50,853 nt of DNA from NCBI RefSeq assembly GCF_006345805.1, contig NW_021834182.1, forward strand, positions 1 to 50,853, written 5' to 3'. The notes below the pieces were generated by a model, which was given only the letters and a program-made list of their open reading frames with translations, made no database searches and was not told the origin of the DNA. Origin of the DNA: Octopus sinensis. Its lineage: Eukaryota. Below are positions 22,268-34,718 of this stretch, in pieces (positions within the stretch are counted from its first letter, which is position 1; each line of letters starts with the position of its first letter). Both the position numbers and the translations under genes were made by a program.

Positions 22268-23110
22268 AGGCGGCGAGCTGGCAGAATCGTTAGCACGCCG
22301 GTCGAAATGCTTAGCACTATTTCGTCTGTCCTTACGTTCTGAGTTCAAATTCCGCCGAGGTTGACTTTGCCTTTCTTCCTTTATGGGTCGATTAAATAAG
22401 TACCAGTTACGCACTGGGGTCGATATAATCGACTTAATCCGTTTGTCTGTCCTTGTTTGTCCTCTCTGTGTTTAGCCCCTTGTGGGTAGTAAAGAAATGG
22501 CTATTTTGTCTGTCCTTGCGTTCTGAGTTCAAATTCTGCCGAGGTCGACTTTGCCTTTCAACCTTTCTAGGTCGATTAAATAAGTACCAGTTACACACTG
22601 GGGTCGATGTAATCGACTTAATCCCTTTCTCTGTCTTTGTTTGTCCCTTCTATGTTTAGCTCCTATGGGCAATAAAAAATAAATATTTGCCAAAAGGCGG
22701 CGAGCTGACAGAATCGTTAAGAACGCTGGACAAAACGCTTACTGCATTTTATCCGTTATGACGTCCTGTGATCAAATTCCGCCGAGGTCGACTTACGCTT
22801 TCATCCTTTCGGGGTCGATGAAATAAGCATTGTGGTCGATGTTATCGACTAACCTCACCCGGAATTGCTGGCTTTCTGCCAAACTTCGAAACCAGTAAAT
22901 ATTTCTAAGGCGGTGAGCTGGCAGCATCATTAGAACACTGGACAAAATGCTTAGCGGTGTTTCATCTTTCTTTCTGCTCCGAGTTCAAATTCCGCCGTGG
23001 TCCACTTTACCTTTCGGTCGATAAAATATGTGTCGGTTGAGCAATAATATCGATGTAATCGACGGGGCCACTTTCCCTCAAATTTGAAGTCTTGTGCTTA
23101 TAGTAGAAAC
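22268..23110 (+). mobile_element. Second stack of four family M SINE units (dimer plus two older monomers)
   Basis: Heads at ~22268, 22696 and 22907, with a headless second unit at ~22499. aatatttgccaa flanks the dimer as a TSD. Confidence 0.88.
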
Positions 23111-23122
23111 GAATGATAAATG

Positions 23123-23433
23123 TACATTAGTTACATTATTTACAATTCACGGATATTTGTCCTCATCTTGTTGGTTGTTAACAGAACATTTCAGCTGATA
23201 CACCCTCCAGCCTTCATCAGGTGTCTTGGGGAAATTTCGAATCTAGGTCCTCATTCCTAAGGTATTTTTCGATGTTGCTGTTATTATCATTCAGGTCACT
23301 GCCTGGAATCTAACTCGGAATCTTGGGCTTAGTAGCCCGCGCTCTTAACCACTTAGGCATATGCCCGTATGGTATAGTGGTTAAGAGCGCGGGCTACTAA
23401 CCCCAAGATTCCGAGTTCGATTCCAGGCAGTGA

Positions 23434-23468
<35 letters not shown>

Positions 23469-23892
23469 TAATAATAATAATAACGATTAGAAGAAGAAGA
23501 AGAAGAAGAAGAAGAAGGACAACAAGGACAACAACAACGAAAAATACCTATTTCTTTATTACCCACAAGGGGCTAAACACAGAGGGGACAAACAAGGACA
23601 GACATAGGTATTAAGTCGATTACATCGACCCCAGTGCGTAACTGGTACTTAATTTATCGACCCCGAAAGGATGAAAGGCAAAGTCGACCTCGGCGGAATT
23701 TGAACTCACAACGTAACACAGACGAAATACCGCTAGGAAATGAGAATCCAGGTTTGAAATTTCCCCAAGACACCTGATAAAGGCTGGAGCATATATCAGC
23801 CGAATCGTTGTGTTAACAACGAACAAGATGAGGACAAATATCCGTAAACTGTAAATAATGTACATAATTCCTCATCTCTTAAATATAGAACT
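23123..23892 (-). mobile_element. Second tRNA-headed PLE pseudo-LTR fold-back insertion
   Basis: Minus arm 23123-23366, plus arm 23366-23892. Exact 12-bp TSD gaatgataaatg at 23111-23122 and 23893-23904. Confidence 0.85.
23549..23733 (-). mobile_element. Headless family M SINE unit inserted into the pseudo-LTR arm
   Basis: Interrupts cgaaaaatacc|ttagg of the host element and is bounded by gaaaaatacc / gaaatacc. Confidence 0.88.
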
Positions 23893-24231
23893 GAATGATA
23901 AATGGTTTTAGGCACAAAGCCAGCAGTGAAATGTAAGGTCTACATCGATACAATTGAATCCATCTATTTGTTGTATCAGTGGCGATATTGTCCGAACCGT
24001 CGTCACCACTGTTGTATCGCACGTTCGACGTACGCTATAACGGGTTAATATATAACGTTCTCGCAAATCGTTCAACTCAAGATAAAAAAAAAACACTTGT
24101 AATTACACTCGACAATACGCAACTCTCGGAACTACACAGCTCTATTTCTTTTAATTTAGGCACATGGTCTTTATAAAAAGGGGATAGATACCACAAAGAC
24201 AGACAAAATAAGACAATGGGGTACATATAAT

Positions 24232-24586
24232 AAATAATGTTCGTCCTTCGGGTTCGAAGACGACCATTGACATCATTTGGTGGAATTGCTGCTATGAGAC
24301 CGGAGGTGGCTGGTGAGGCCAATCCGGGCAAGGAAGCCCCTCCCACAGGTGGGGCAGAAGTGGGTAGGGGCTGTGCTATTGGTGCAGGTGGCTCTGGCTT
24401 TCGCATCTGGCGTTTCTGTTCTGCTGACTGAATCCGTCTCTCCTCGGCTGTCTTTGCTCCTGTGGTGATTGCGCTGCGCCAGGATGAGCGGTCGGCAGCA
24501 AGTGTCTCCCAAGTCTCTGTGCCGATGGAGAAGTCTTTGAGAGATACTTTAAGACTGTCCTTGAAGCGCTTCTTCTGCCCTCCGCT
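24232..24586 (-). mobile_element. 5'-truncated RTE-clade LINE 3' end
   Basis: GGQKKRFKDSLKVSLKDFSIGTETWETLAADRSSWRSAITTG..., then after a frameshift CPTCGRGFLARIGLTSHLRSH (C2H2 finger). Exact 14-bp TSD ggggtacatataat at 24218-24231 and 24587-24600. Confidence 0.92.
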
Positions 24587-24764
24587 GGGGTACATATAAT
24601 TATATATTGGATGCATTATTAACATGATGAAAATGAGGATGAAATGACTTACCTGCCCCATAAAGCAAGTAGTTTCATTTTACTGTTTTCTAAATTACAA
24701 TTTTACTTTACAGTCTTGTATCTTTTTCTTTAACACAAAATTACTACAAATATTGTACTATATC

Positions 24765-25000
24765 TATTTCTTTACTAACCACACGGAGCTAAACACAGAG
24801 AGGACAAACAAGGACATACAAACGGATTAAGTCGATTATATCAACCCCAGTGCGTAACTGGTACTTATTTAATCGACCCCGAAAGGATGAAAGGCAAAGT
24901 CGACCTCGGCGGAATTTGAACTCAGAACGTAGCGGCAGGCGTAATACCGCTAAGCATTTCGCCCGGTGTGCTAACGTTTCTGCCAGCTCACCGCCTTTTG
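24765..25000 (-). mobile_element. Full-length family M SINE with a 20-bp TSD
   Basis: TSD tacaaatattgtactatatc at 24745-24764 and 25001-25020. Confidence 0.93.
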
Positions 25001-25064
25001 TACAAATATTGTACTATATCGTCAAAAATTACAACAGGCGGCAGCTCATCGTATCTAAACTGAA

Positions 25065-26492
25065 GTGGTGATATTTAAACTCTTTTTTTCCCCAAATAGT
25101 TCTACTAACCTCTCACCCCTTCTCTCTCTCCAACAGCGCGCCCTTGTTACCTTCAGGGTTTGCCATTTTTACTATAATAACATTCTTCATTTTTGTTACC
25201 CTCTTTTCAATTTCGACGCTTTTTTCGTTTATTATGAGGTTTCTTCGGTTTCTCCCTCTAGGCATCGTTCTCTGATATCCTTCACCACTCTCTTCGTCCG
25301 TCACAATTATCTCTGTCTCTACTTTGCTGTCTCTTTCGTTTCCTTTCTCCTTTCGTACTCCTTCTTCCTTGCTAGCTGAAGGCAACAGTTCGTGCGTTCG
25401 CACTTCCCTTAATTTTTCATTTGATTTTCCATTTTCCTCTTTTCTTTCTTGTTCTCCTCTTCATTTGTCTTTCTTTTTTCTCCTTGGGGCTTTTTGTTGG
25501 TGATTCTTAGTTCTTTTTTCTTTTCACCACCGTAAATTGCTTTTCCATTTTCTCCTCCTCTACGGCTGTACTCCCTTCTTGAATTTCTTTTTCTGTTATT
25601 TCTTCCTCGTGTTTCTGGGGACACTTGACCTTCATATGTCCCCTTACTCCACACAAAAACACATTGGAGATCTACCCTCCATCACCACTCTTAGCGTAAA
25701 AAGAGATTCTTCTACCAGAAGAATCTCTTTTACAATCCCATGTAGGTCTTTTAACCCAACTTGAATTGCCATTTCTAGGCCGTAGCCCCATCAATTACTT
25801 TTCTTCGTTCTAGCTATCTTCAGAATCCCTGAACTTTCCTCAATTCCATGCATGACTGCTGCCACCAGCCATGCCTCTTCGATCTCGAGTGGGGGGGACA
25901 CTCTGCTGATTCTCACTCTGGCAACACGTTTGCCACAGTACATCGGCAGCAGCACTCACTCTTGTGTCCTTATTGGCTCAGGGGAGTGGTTAATAGCGTC
26001 CTCTCACTGGAGAACCTAACATCCACTGTGCAGTATTTTCTTCCACGTGTATAGAAGGTGGTTAATCCTCTCACTTCACTTAGACATTCCTCTATTGCCG
26101 CTATCGGAGCAAACTCTATTTTCTTGGTAGCGGCTGATAACGTCCTGTACACAGCCGTCTTCCTTGCTACATTCTTCGTCACTTCTTCTGGTAGGGTCAA
26201 CTTTAAACTACCCCTTCCTTTTGTAACAATTTCTTTCCTTTTTTTCCATTCCTTTGTCTCTATTTTTATCTCGCTAGCTTCAAGGGTGTTTGTCGTAATA
26301 CCTTGTGTAGTTGCGGATGCATAACTTACGACACGTTCCATTTCTCATCTTTTCACTACTTCACCCATAAAAGGGGAAGAAACAATTTTCAAAAACAGGC
26401 AGAACGCAGCAACAAAAATTCTACAATTTAATAATTCAACAATCTAAACAATTCAATGAATCTTGGTTCACCCGCGCGAGGAGACCTTCAAC
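25065..26492 (-). mobile_element. LINE 5' fragment (5' UTR plus frameshifted gag-like ORF1 with CCHC knuckle), probably L1/Tx1-like
   Basis: ORF 26341->25970 continues through frameshifts to CF(x)CGVRGHMKVKCP (25621-25664, CX2CX4HX4C) and a K/E-rich C-terminus. No ORF2 follows. Confidence 0.7.
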
Positions 26493-26506
26493 AAACATAT
26501 AATAAA

Positions 26507-26551
26507 AGTGTGTAACAATAACAGTGTGTAACAATAACAGTGTGTAACAAT
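26507..26551. repeat. 16-bp tandem repeat (agtgtgtaacaataac) x~2.8
   Basis: Directly visible. Confidence 0.9.
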
Positions 26552-26659
26552 TCGAACTCACGTCAAAGAAATTATTACCAACACCCTTCCGGCTTTACAC
26601 AGATCTTTGCACATGTCCATTTATATTGTGGCACAGTCCATTAGGAGCCAACCAAATAG

Positions 26660-27005
26660 GGGTGTTCTACTTCCACAAAGCATTATTTAATCGCGGAAGG
26701 ATGAAAAGAAAAGTTGATATCGATGTGGTTATAACTCAGAACTAAAGACACCAGAAGGAACACTGCAAAGATTTCTCTGGCCCTCTAACGATTCTAAGAT
26801 GTCGCCGCCAGTAATTTGAGGGAAGGACGTAGTTAATCAATGCTACTGTGTTTAGTATTTGCCTGTTGCTGTATTTTATCGACCCCGAAAGGATGAAAGA
26901 CAAAGGTGACACCAGCAGAATTTGATCTCAGAATGTAAAAAGTTGGATAAAACACAGTAAGACATTATTCTCCGAAGCTCTAATGAACATGTCGGCTCGT
27001 TGCTT
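26660..27005 (-). mobile_element. Two old, degraded family M SINEs
   Basis: atcgaccccgaaaggatgaaagacaaag and aaggatgaaaagaaaagttgatatcg cores with decayed heads. Confidence 0.65.
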
Positions 27006-27151
27006 TAAAACACCCCGAAGATATTACTGATATCCATGATAAGCTGAGTGAATTTGTGCAATCCAAAGCGAATTATTTTGTTTAAGAACACGACGAGATA
27101 ATCTATCCGGGAATCGAAATCACCACCTTACAATTATGATTCCAATACACT

Positions 27152-27534
27152 TGGAAGCACTCCGTCGGTTACGACGATGAGGGTTCTGGTTGATCCGAAT
27201 CAACGGAACAGCCTGCTCGTGAAATTAACGTGTAAGTGGCTGAGCACTCCACAGACACGTGCACCCTTAACGTAGTTCTCGGGGATATTCAGCGTGACAC
27301 AGAGAGTGACAAGGCCGGACCCTTGAATTACAGGTACAACAGAAACAGGAAGTAAGAGTGAGAGAAAGTTGTGAGGAAAGAGTACAGCAGGGATCACCAC
27401 CATTCCCTGCCGGAGCCTCGTGGGGCTTTTAGGTGTTTTCGCTCAATAAACACTCACAACGCCCGGTCTGGGAATCGAAACCGCGATCCTATGACCGCGA
27501 GTCCGCTGCCCTAACCACTGGGCCATTGCGCCTC
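27152..27534 (-). mobile_element. Full-length tRNA-Arg-like SINE (probably the octopus OR1 family), nested in an older SINE head
   Basis: Minus-strand head ggcgcaatggcccagtggttagggcagcggactcgcggtc (TCG anticodon-like), B-box ggtttcgattcc. 11-bp TSD tccaatacact at 27141-27151 and 27535-27545. Confidence 0.93.
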
Positions 27535-27820
27535 TCCAATACACTAACCACCTCGCCACACGATCTCACAAGTTGAATTCAGCATCGAAGGATTAAAGAC
27601 TGAACTCAACGTTAATCCCATTACACTATATAAAGTTGAGACGGAAAAGAATTTCACAATACTGATTTGCAAACATACCCTATAACGATACATATTCAAT
27701 TTTAAATATTTTTATATGCAGTAATATCACACATTAGTAGATTATAAACCATACTGATATCAGAGAATATTTCATACGATGTAGTGTATATTCAATGGTG
27801 CATATTCAATGTGTAACTAT

Positions 27821-28422
27821 ATATTTATTTATTGCCCACAAGGGGCTAAATATAGAGGAGACAAACAAGGACAGACAAAGGGATTAAGTCGATTACATCG
27901 ACTCCAGTGCGTAACTGGTACTTTATTTATCGATCCCGAAAGTATGAAAGGCAAAGTCGACCTCGGCGGAATTTGAACTCAGAACGTAGCGGCAGATGAA
28001 ATACCTATTTCTTTATTACCCACAAGGGGCTAAATATAGAGGGGACAAACAAGGACAGACATAGGTATTAAGTCGATTACATCGACCCCAGTTCGTAACT
28101 GGTACTTAATTTATCGACCCTGAAAGGATGAAAGGCAAAGTCGACCTCGGCGGAATTTGAACTCAGAACGTAGCGGCAGATGAAATACCTATTTCTTTAT
28201 TACCCACAAGGGACTAAATATAGAGGAGACAAACAAGGACAGACATAGGTATTAAGTCGATTACATCGACCCCAGTTCGTAACTGGTACTTAATTTATCG
28301 ACCCTGAAAGGATGAAAGGCAAAGTCGACCTCGGCGGAATTTGAACTCAGAACGTTGCGACAGACGAAATACCGCTAAGCATTTCGCTCGGCGTGCTAAC
28401 GTCTCTGCCAGTTCGCCGCCTA
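27821..28422 (-). mobile_element. Family M SINE trimer (one head plus three 184-bp body units) with one 15-bp TSD
   Basis: gaaatacc junctions at 27998, 28182 and 28366. TSD tcaatgtgtaactat at 27806-27820 and 28423-28437. Confidence 0.93.
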
Positions 28423-28969
28423 TCAATGTGTAACTATTTGAATCTACGAATATACTTCAAGGATGAAATTTTTTTGCTTATTCCTCAGGAAGACACAAAA
28501 GTTGGCGGTCATATGTTTTTGTGTTTACAGCTGGTTAAATTGATAGAAACAACATTATTTTCAGCCATAAGAACAAAACCATACGACCAACGACTTTTGC
28601 AGGAGTGTAAGTCAAACTAAAACGAGCTCGCTAAAGCGTAATCGCAGGTTCAAATAGCTAAATGATGGATGTTTTGTTTTATCAGGCTGGAAGAACGAAA
28701 GTCAAAATCGAAATTTTTAGCGAGAGGAAGAGGGTGGATAACTGCCAGCACTTGATGCCTTGTTGACCTTTTACTTGGTTCAATCATTAGATTGTGGCCA
28801 TGATGGAGCACTACCTCGAAAAAATTTTAATCAAATGAATCGACACCAGTATTTATTATTAATTTAAAGACTGGTACTTATTCTATCCATCTCTTTTTGC
28901 GAAACCGCTTGGTTGAGGGGACGTAAATAAATCAATACCGATTGTGAGGAACAGACATGAATATATTAG

Positions 28970-29351
28970 GAGCTCTCCGTCGGTTGCGACGATGAGGGTC
29001 CCAGCTGATACGATCAACGGAACAGCTTGCTCGTGATATTAACGTGCAAGTGGCTGAGCACTCCACAGACACGTGTACCCTTAACGTAGTTCTCGAGGAG
29101 ATTCAGCGTGACACACAGAATGTGACAAGGCTGGCCCTTTGAAATACAGGTACAAGAGAAACAGGAAGAAAGAGCGAGAGAAAGTTGTGGTGAAAGAGTA
29201 CAGCAGGGTTCACCACCACCCCCTGCCGGAGCCTCGTGGAGCTTTTAGGTGTTTTCGCTCAATAAACACTCACGACGCCCGGTCTGGGAATCGAAACCGC
29301 GATCCTATGACCGCGAGTCCACTGCCTTAACCACTGGGCCATTGCGCCTCC
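28970..29351 (-). mobile_element. OR1-like SINE
   Basis: Colinear with 27152-27534. Confidence 0.92.
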
Positions 29352-29355
29352 ACAC

Positions 29356-29403
<48 letters not shown>

Positions 29404-29406
29404 TAT

Positions 29407-29491
<85 letters not shown>

Positions 29492-29499
29492 TGACAGCT

Positions 29500-29770
29500 T
29501 CTTTCAGTTTCTATCTACCAAGGTCGGCCTGAGTATATTGTACAAAGCACTCACCCAAGGTGTCATACAGTGCGATTGAACCCGGAACCATATGATTGGG
29601 AGAAAGTTTCTTACCACACAGCCTCGCCTGCGCCTTGATTGTTTTATTGGTCCTGAGAGAGGCCAAAGAAATGTTGACATCAGCGGCATTTGAACTCAGG
29701 ACATAAAGAGGAGGAAAAAATGCATGTAAACATTTTGTCCAACGTTGCTAACGATTCAGCCATCTTCTCA
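29500..29770 (-). mobile_element. Degraded family K head followed by a family M head fragment
   Basis: cttctttcagtttctatctacc...cttaccacacagcc, then cggcatttgaactcag...gctaacgattcagcc. Confidence 0.65.
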
Positions 29771-30289
29771 CATTTAAATAATTTTTTTTTTTAAATTAGA
29801 GAACGAATAAATAAGTTTTTACTATCATAGCGTGTAAGTTAAAAAAGTCTATCATACAAGTTGTTTCAAACACTATATTTTTATAAGTACGGTTTTCTTA
29901 TCTCAGACGGTTAAAAGAAAACACCAAAAAATGTCACATAAAAGACGAAGAATAAGAGAACGTACATACAAAAATCATGTAACAAAAAATATAACGAGGT
30001 AAAAAAATTTAACAAAAACATGAAGTAATAAATGTGAAATTTTTATTACAATTTTATAGGGATTTCCTTTTTTGATTTTTGTTAGCTTTACTTTTCTATT
30101 TTTATGTCATTTTTGTCGGTTGCTTTAGTGTGTCCTTATTCGTTTTATTTCTGGTTTCGATTTTCAAATAAATTTCAAGCCGACATTAAAAAATAGATGA
30201 TATCGTATCGTGTACGAAAAATGTGGACCTCCTTCCCTTCTCTCTCTTTGGCTCTTATTCTCCATCGCTTTTCACACACACATGTTACT

Positions 30290-30339
30290 ATATATATATG
30301 TGTGTGTGTGTATGTATGTATGTTATGTATGTATGTATG

Positions 30340-30370
<31 letters not shown>

Positions 30371-30600
30371 ATTCGTACATATATTATACACGTGTTTGTA
30401 ACGCACAGTACTTTTCGATCGACTTTTATTTCTCTCCCCTAGTTGAAATTAATAAACCATTCCCTTGTAACCAATGAATGTCTTTCCACTAGTTGAACTT
30501 GGCTTAATTAAATACGAATTTATGAGATTTACCTTCGTAAAGACACAAGATAAAGATGGACGAAGATAATATATACAGATATATGTGTGTCTGTATGTAT

Positions 30601-30652
<52 letters not shown>

Positions 30653-30922
30653 GTATGCGTGTGTGTGTATATGTGTGATATATATACATGTATATATAAA
30701 TATATATATAGAGAGAGAGATAGTAGATGTGTGTATGTGTGTGGGTGAATATGTATCCCTATATATTTGTAAGCATCTATATATTTATGTACATATGCAT
30801 TAAACACACACACACATATGTATATACTCATTTAATTATACATATTATCTCTTTCTTTCTGTCTATCGACATATATGTTTTTTGCGTTCATACATGTAGA
30901 TACGTATACATATATGTGTGTG

Positions 30923-30994
<72 letters not shown>

Positions 30995-31080
30995 GCAAAT
31001 ACGTCATACAGTCATACCACACACTCATACACGTACATACATACATACATGCATACATACATGTATTCAAGTGTAGTGTG
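30290..31080. repeat. (TA)/(CA)/(TG)/(TACA) microsatellite block
   Basis: Directly visible. Confidence 0.92.
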
Positions 31081-31214
31081 CCCGTCTGTGTATAATGTGT
31101 TTTTTATATGAAACCTGTACAAAACAAAACACTAATGAATTAAAAGGGCGTCGGGAACGAGGGGAAAGAAAAATATCAAAGTTCAGACTCAAACTATGTA
31201 AGTTTAAATATAAA

Positions 31215-31245
<31 letters not shown>

Positions 31246-31402
31246 TGATTATGATGAGCAACACCAAAAGTAACAGCGGCAACGACGATGGCAGCAGCTG
31301 TAATAACAATAACCTGAACAAAACAAGTAGTTATACGACCCACCATGTATTTACAGACGAACCAATAGAAATAACTGTCGGCCCTGCACAGCAACAGTAG
31401 TA

Positions 31403-31448
<46 letters not shown>

Positions 31449-32181
31449 CTGCTGCTGCTTCGTGTGGTTGTTATGGTACTAAACGTGATGCTGGTTTGCG
31501 GATAGGACCAAAATGTCGGCAAGTATTTAATGGCAGTTATGTGTCACACTTCGACCGTTGTACACACTTTGGTCGTTGTTCAGAGGGCTTTTTTTTTTTA
31601 GAGGAATTTTTCAGAAGATATGCAGTTTCTTTTGGCTTGCTTAAATGACAGACATTTTCTGAACGTGAGTTCCAATCTGGAAGCGAATGGTGTCTTCTGT
31701 CTTTGAGAAAGGTATTTCTTTCCACGTCGCACCAGTCTGCTCAGCTGTAATAAGAACCAACCGAATGCTGTCACAGATCTCGGCCTCTCGAGACGGTGTC
31801 GGCAACTATACCCACTTCACAGGTACCTAAATCCATTAATGACAACTTGATAAATGCTACCAACTTATGTTCACTCACGAGTAACTGCTGGCTGTACAAC
31901 TAAAGTAGTTAAGATTTGTATATAAAACCTTTCCATAAAACAGATACCAGTAATATACTGAAATCGATGCAAGTGATATAGAAGCGCCACCTATAAATAT
32001 TGTTCTTTGCCTAAATGAGAAACAATTATTTTTTTATGCCATCATTTTTTTAATTAGTTTATTATATATTTCATCTTTGCATTTGGCTTGCAAGATTCTT
32101 CATGGGAATTCGTGTGTTGAAGCATATTTTATTGTGTCTGGGAAGAGTCATTCTCTTTTAGTACCTTATTACCTAACACCT

Positions 32182-32360
32182 TTGCCGGTTTGATTTCCAC
32201 TCATTTACTTATTTATGTTTTTCTAAAATTTTCGTTGCTCCTAGCAACCTCTTCAATGATCATCATTGGACAGAATCAACGACTATTGAAGAGGTTGTAA
32301 GACGCAAGGAAATTTTTAGAAAAAAATAAATAAGTAAATGAGTGAAAATCGAACCGGTAA
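32182..32360. mobile_element. ~75-bp inverted repeat pair with a hammerhead-like variant motif (probable PLE pseudo-LTR fold-back)
   Basis: 32182-32257 and 32285-32360 are roughly 85% reverse-complementary by eye. Motif ttgaaga-g-gttgc..gcaac-gaaaatttt. Confidence 0.6.
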
Positions 32361-32476
32361 GTGTGCTTGTTATAGATGTGAATTACAAAACGTTATAATT
32401 GATGTTTTCACTCTCTTGAAACAGCAGTAGAGTGTAATTAAATTATACGCTTTTCTGCTTCTTATCTTAAATATGT

Positions 32477-32878
32477 TACTCTTTACTCTTTTTACTCTTT
32501 TTTTTTACTGCGGCCATGCTGGAGCACCGCCTTTAGTCGAGCAAATCGACCCCGGGACTTATTCTTTGTAAGCCCAGTACTTATTCTATCGGTCTCTTTT
32601 GCCGAACCGCTAGGTGACGGGGACGTAAACACACCAGCATCGGTTGTCAAGCAATGCTAGGGGGACAAACACAGACACACAAACATATACAAACTTATAT
32701 ATATATACATATATACGACAGGCTTCTTTCAGTTTCCGTCTACCAAATCCATTCACAAGGCATTGGTCGGCCCGGGGCTATAGCAGAAGACACTTGCCTG
32801 AGATGCCACGCAGTGGGACTGAACCCGGAACCATGTGGCTGGTTAGCAAGCTACTTACCACACAGCCACTCCTGCGCC
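32477..32878 (-). mobile_element. Full-length family K SINE
   Basis: Reverse complement of the 9721-10157 family, including the (aaaagagt) tail. Confidence 0.92.
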
Positions 32879-33551
32879 TATAAACTGTTAAATTTTCTTA
32901 TGAAATCATTTACTCTATTACTAAACATTCGAGAGGGATTCATAAGCTTTTAACAAATACACAAACCTCATATTTCGGATCTTGGGTATTGTCGAATTCC
33001 AAATGATACTGTGATACGTTGTGTTGTTTTTAACCCCAGATCAGACCCGATCTATCAGACATGTGATCGAATATATTCCAGGCATGATTATGATCATTCC
33101 ATCTTTTAAATATTTGTTTCTCATCCTTCATTATCTAATGCATCCTATTGCTATTTTAGCTCCTACTTTTAGCAGGTCGCACGACTACATACAATCTTTA
33201 TGTCGTTAACTTTCGTTGTTAAAAGATTTCAGTAGCAGCGGTATATCCCATATAGACTAGACACACACACACAGACACATTATTGAAGCAGTGCGACGAT
33301 TAACACTGTTAAAAGGTTAGAAGTGAATAAATCCAGCACAATGAATTGAAAAGCGCTATCGTTATAGTTTGGTCAGTGTCTCAGAAAATGAATTAAGACA
33401 GCCACAACTTTAACCCAGCTTCTAACTTAAACCTGTGAACTAAACAAACAACCGTTTAGAACTAAAGTTAAGTACACAAGGAAACGAGCCAGGAATTTGC
33501 AGATAGGAAAACAAAATTTGACAACAAAAAAACAACAACTACAACAACGAC

Positions 33552-33593
<42 letters not shown>

Positions 33594-33594
33594 A

Positions 33595-33657
<63 letters not shown>

Positions 33658-34335
33658 GATTGAAAGAATGAATGAATATAATTTAATTCGCGTATAACTT
33701 TAAAATGACTGGAAAAATAAAATGAAACTCTGCAGGAAAGACATTTATCAAGCTTTAGTTTCTTAAAATAATAACAGAAAGAAGTGGAAATAGTAATTTA
33801 TAACTGGCGAATGTTTATTTTTAATGGTGAGTAATTTTTGGCCGTTCTTTTTCATTATGATACGAACTTCTTAGTCATCCGATGGACGTTAGTCATCGAA
33901 TTGAACTTGAAAGAAAATATTGACAAGAAAGAGAAAAACCAAACAACAAAATTCAATAGCAAATAATAATAATGATAACAACAACTACAACAACAACAAC
34001 AACAACAAAAATAACGAAACAACTAAAAGTATTATTTCAATTTGTTAATTTAGTACGAGTTCTTTTGATTAATTCCTTGGCAAATTTGATGTTGGTTTGC
34101 TTGGCTTGGTCCGTTGTTTTATTCCTACACTGATCGACCTATGTGTCCTTTATCAGATTGATAAGTTAGATATCAATCACCAAACGGCGGTAGCGAGTAT
34201 TGAAGAATCAATTCAGCTTATGACTATGTTAAACATTATAAGCAGTTTTAGTTTCGTATTTCTGCATCGTGTCATCTACGTTATACAGTATGCGGTATTT
34301 TAGTTTCGTATTTTTATAACGTGACATCTCGTCGC

Positions 34336-34690
34336 AGCACTCAGTCGGTTACGACGACGAGGGTTCCAGTTGATCCGATTAACGTGAAATAAACGTGCAA
34401 GTGACTGAGCACTCCATAGACATGTATACCCTCAACGTAGTTCTCGGGAAGATTCAACTTGACACAGTGTGTGACAAGGCTGGCCCCTTTGAAATACAAG
34501 TACAACAGAAACAGGAAGAAAGAGTGAGAGAAAGTTGTGGTGAAAGAGCACTGCAGGGTTCGCCTCCCACCCCTTGCTGGAGCCTCGTGGAGCTTTAGGT
34601 GTTTTCGTTCAATAAACAAAACGGGAATCGAAGACACTATTCTACGACTGCGTGTCCACTGCCCTACCCACTGGGCCATTGTGCCACCAC
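34336..34690 (-). mobile_element. Older OR1-like SINE
   Basis: Colinear with the other OR1-like copies but with more substitutions and deletions. Confidence 0.88.
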
Positions 34691-34718
34691 CATGACATCT
34701 ATATTATATACGTTATAC

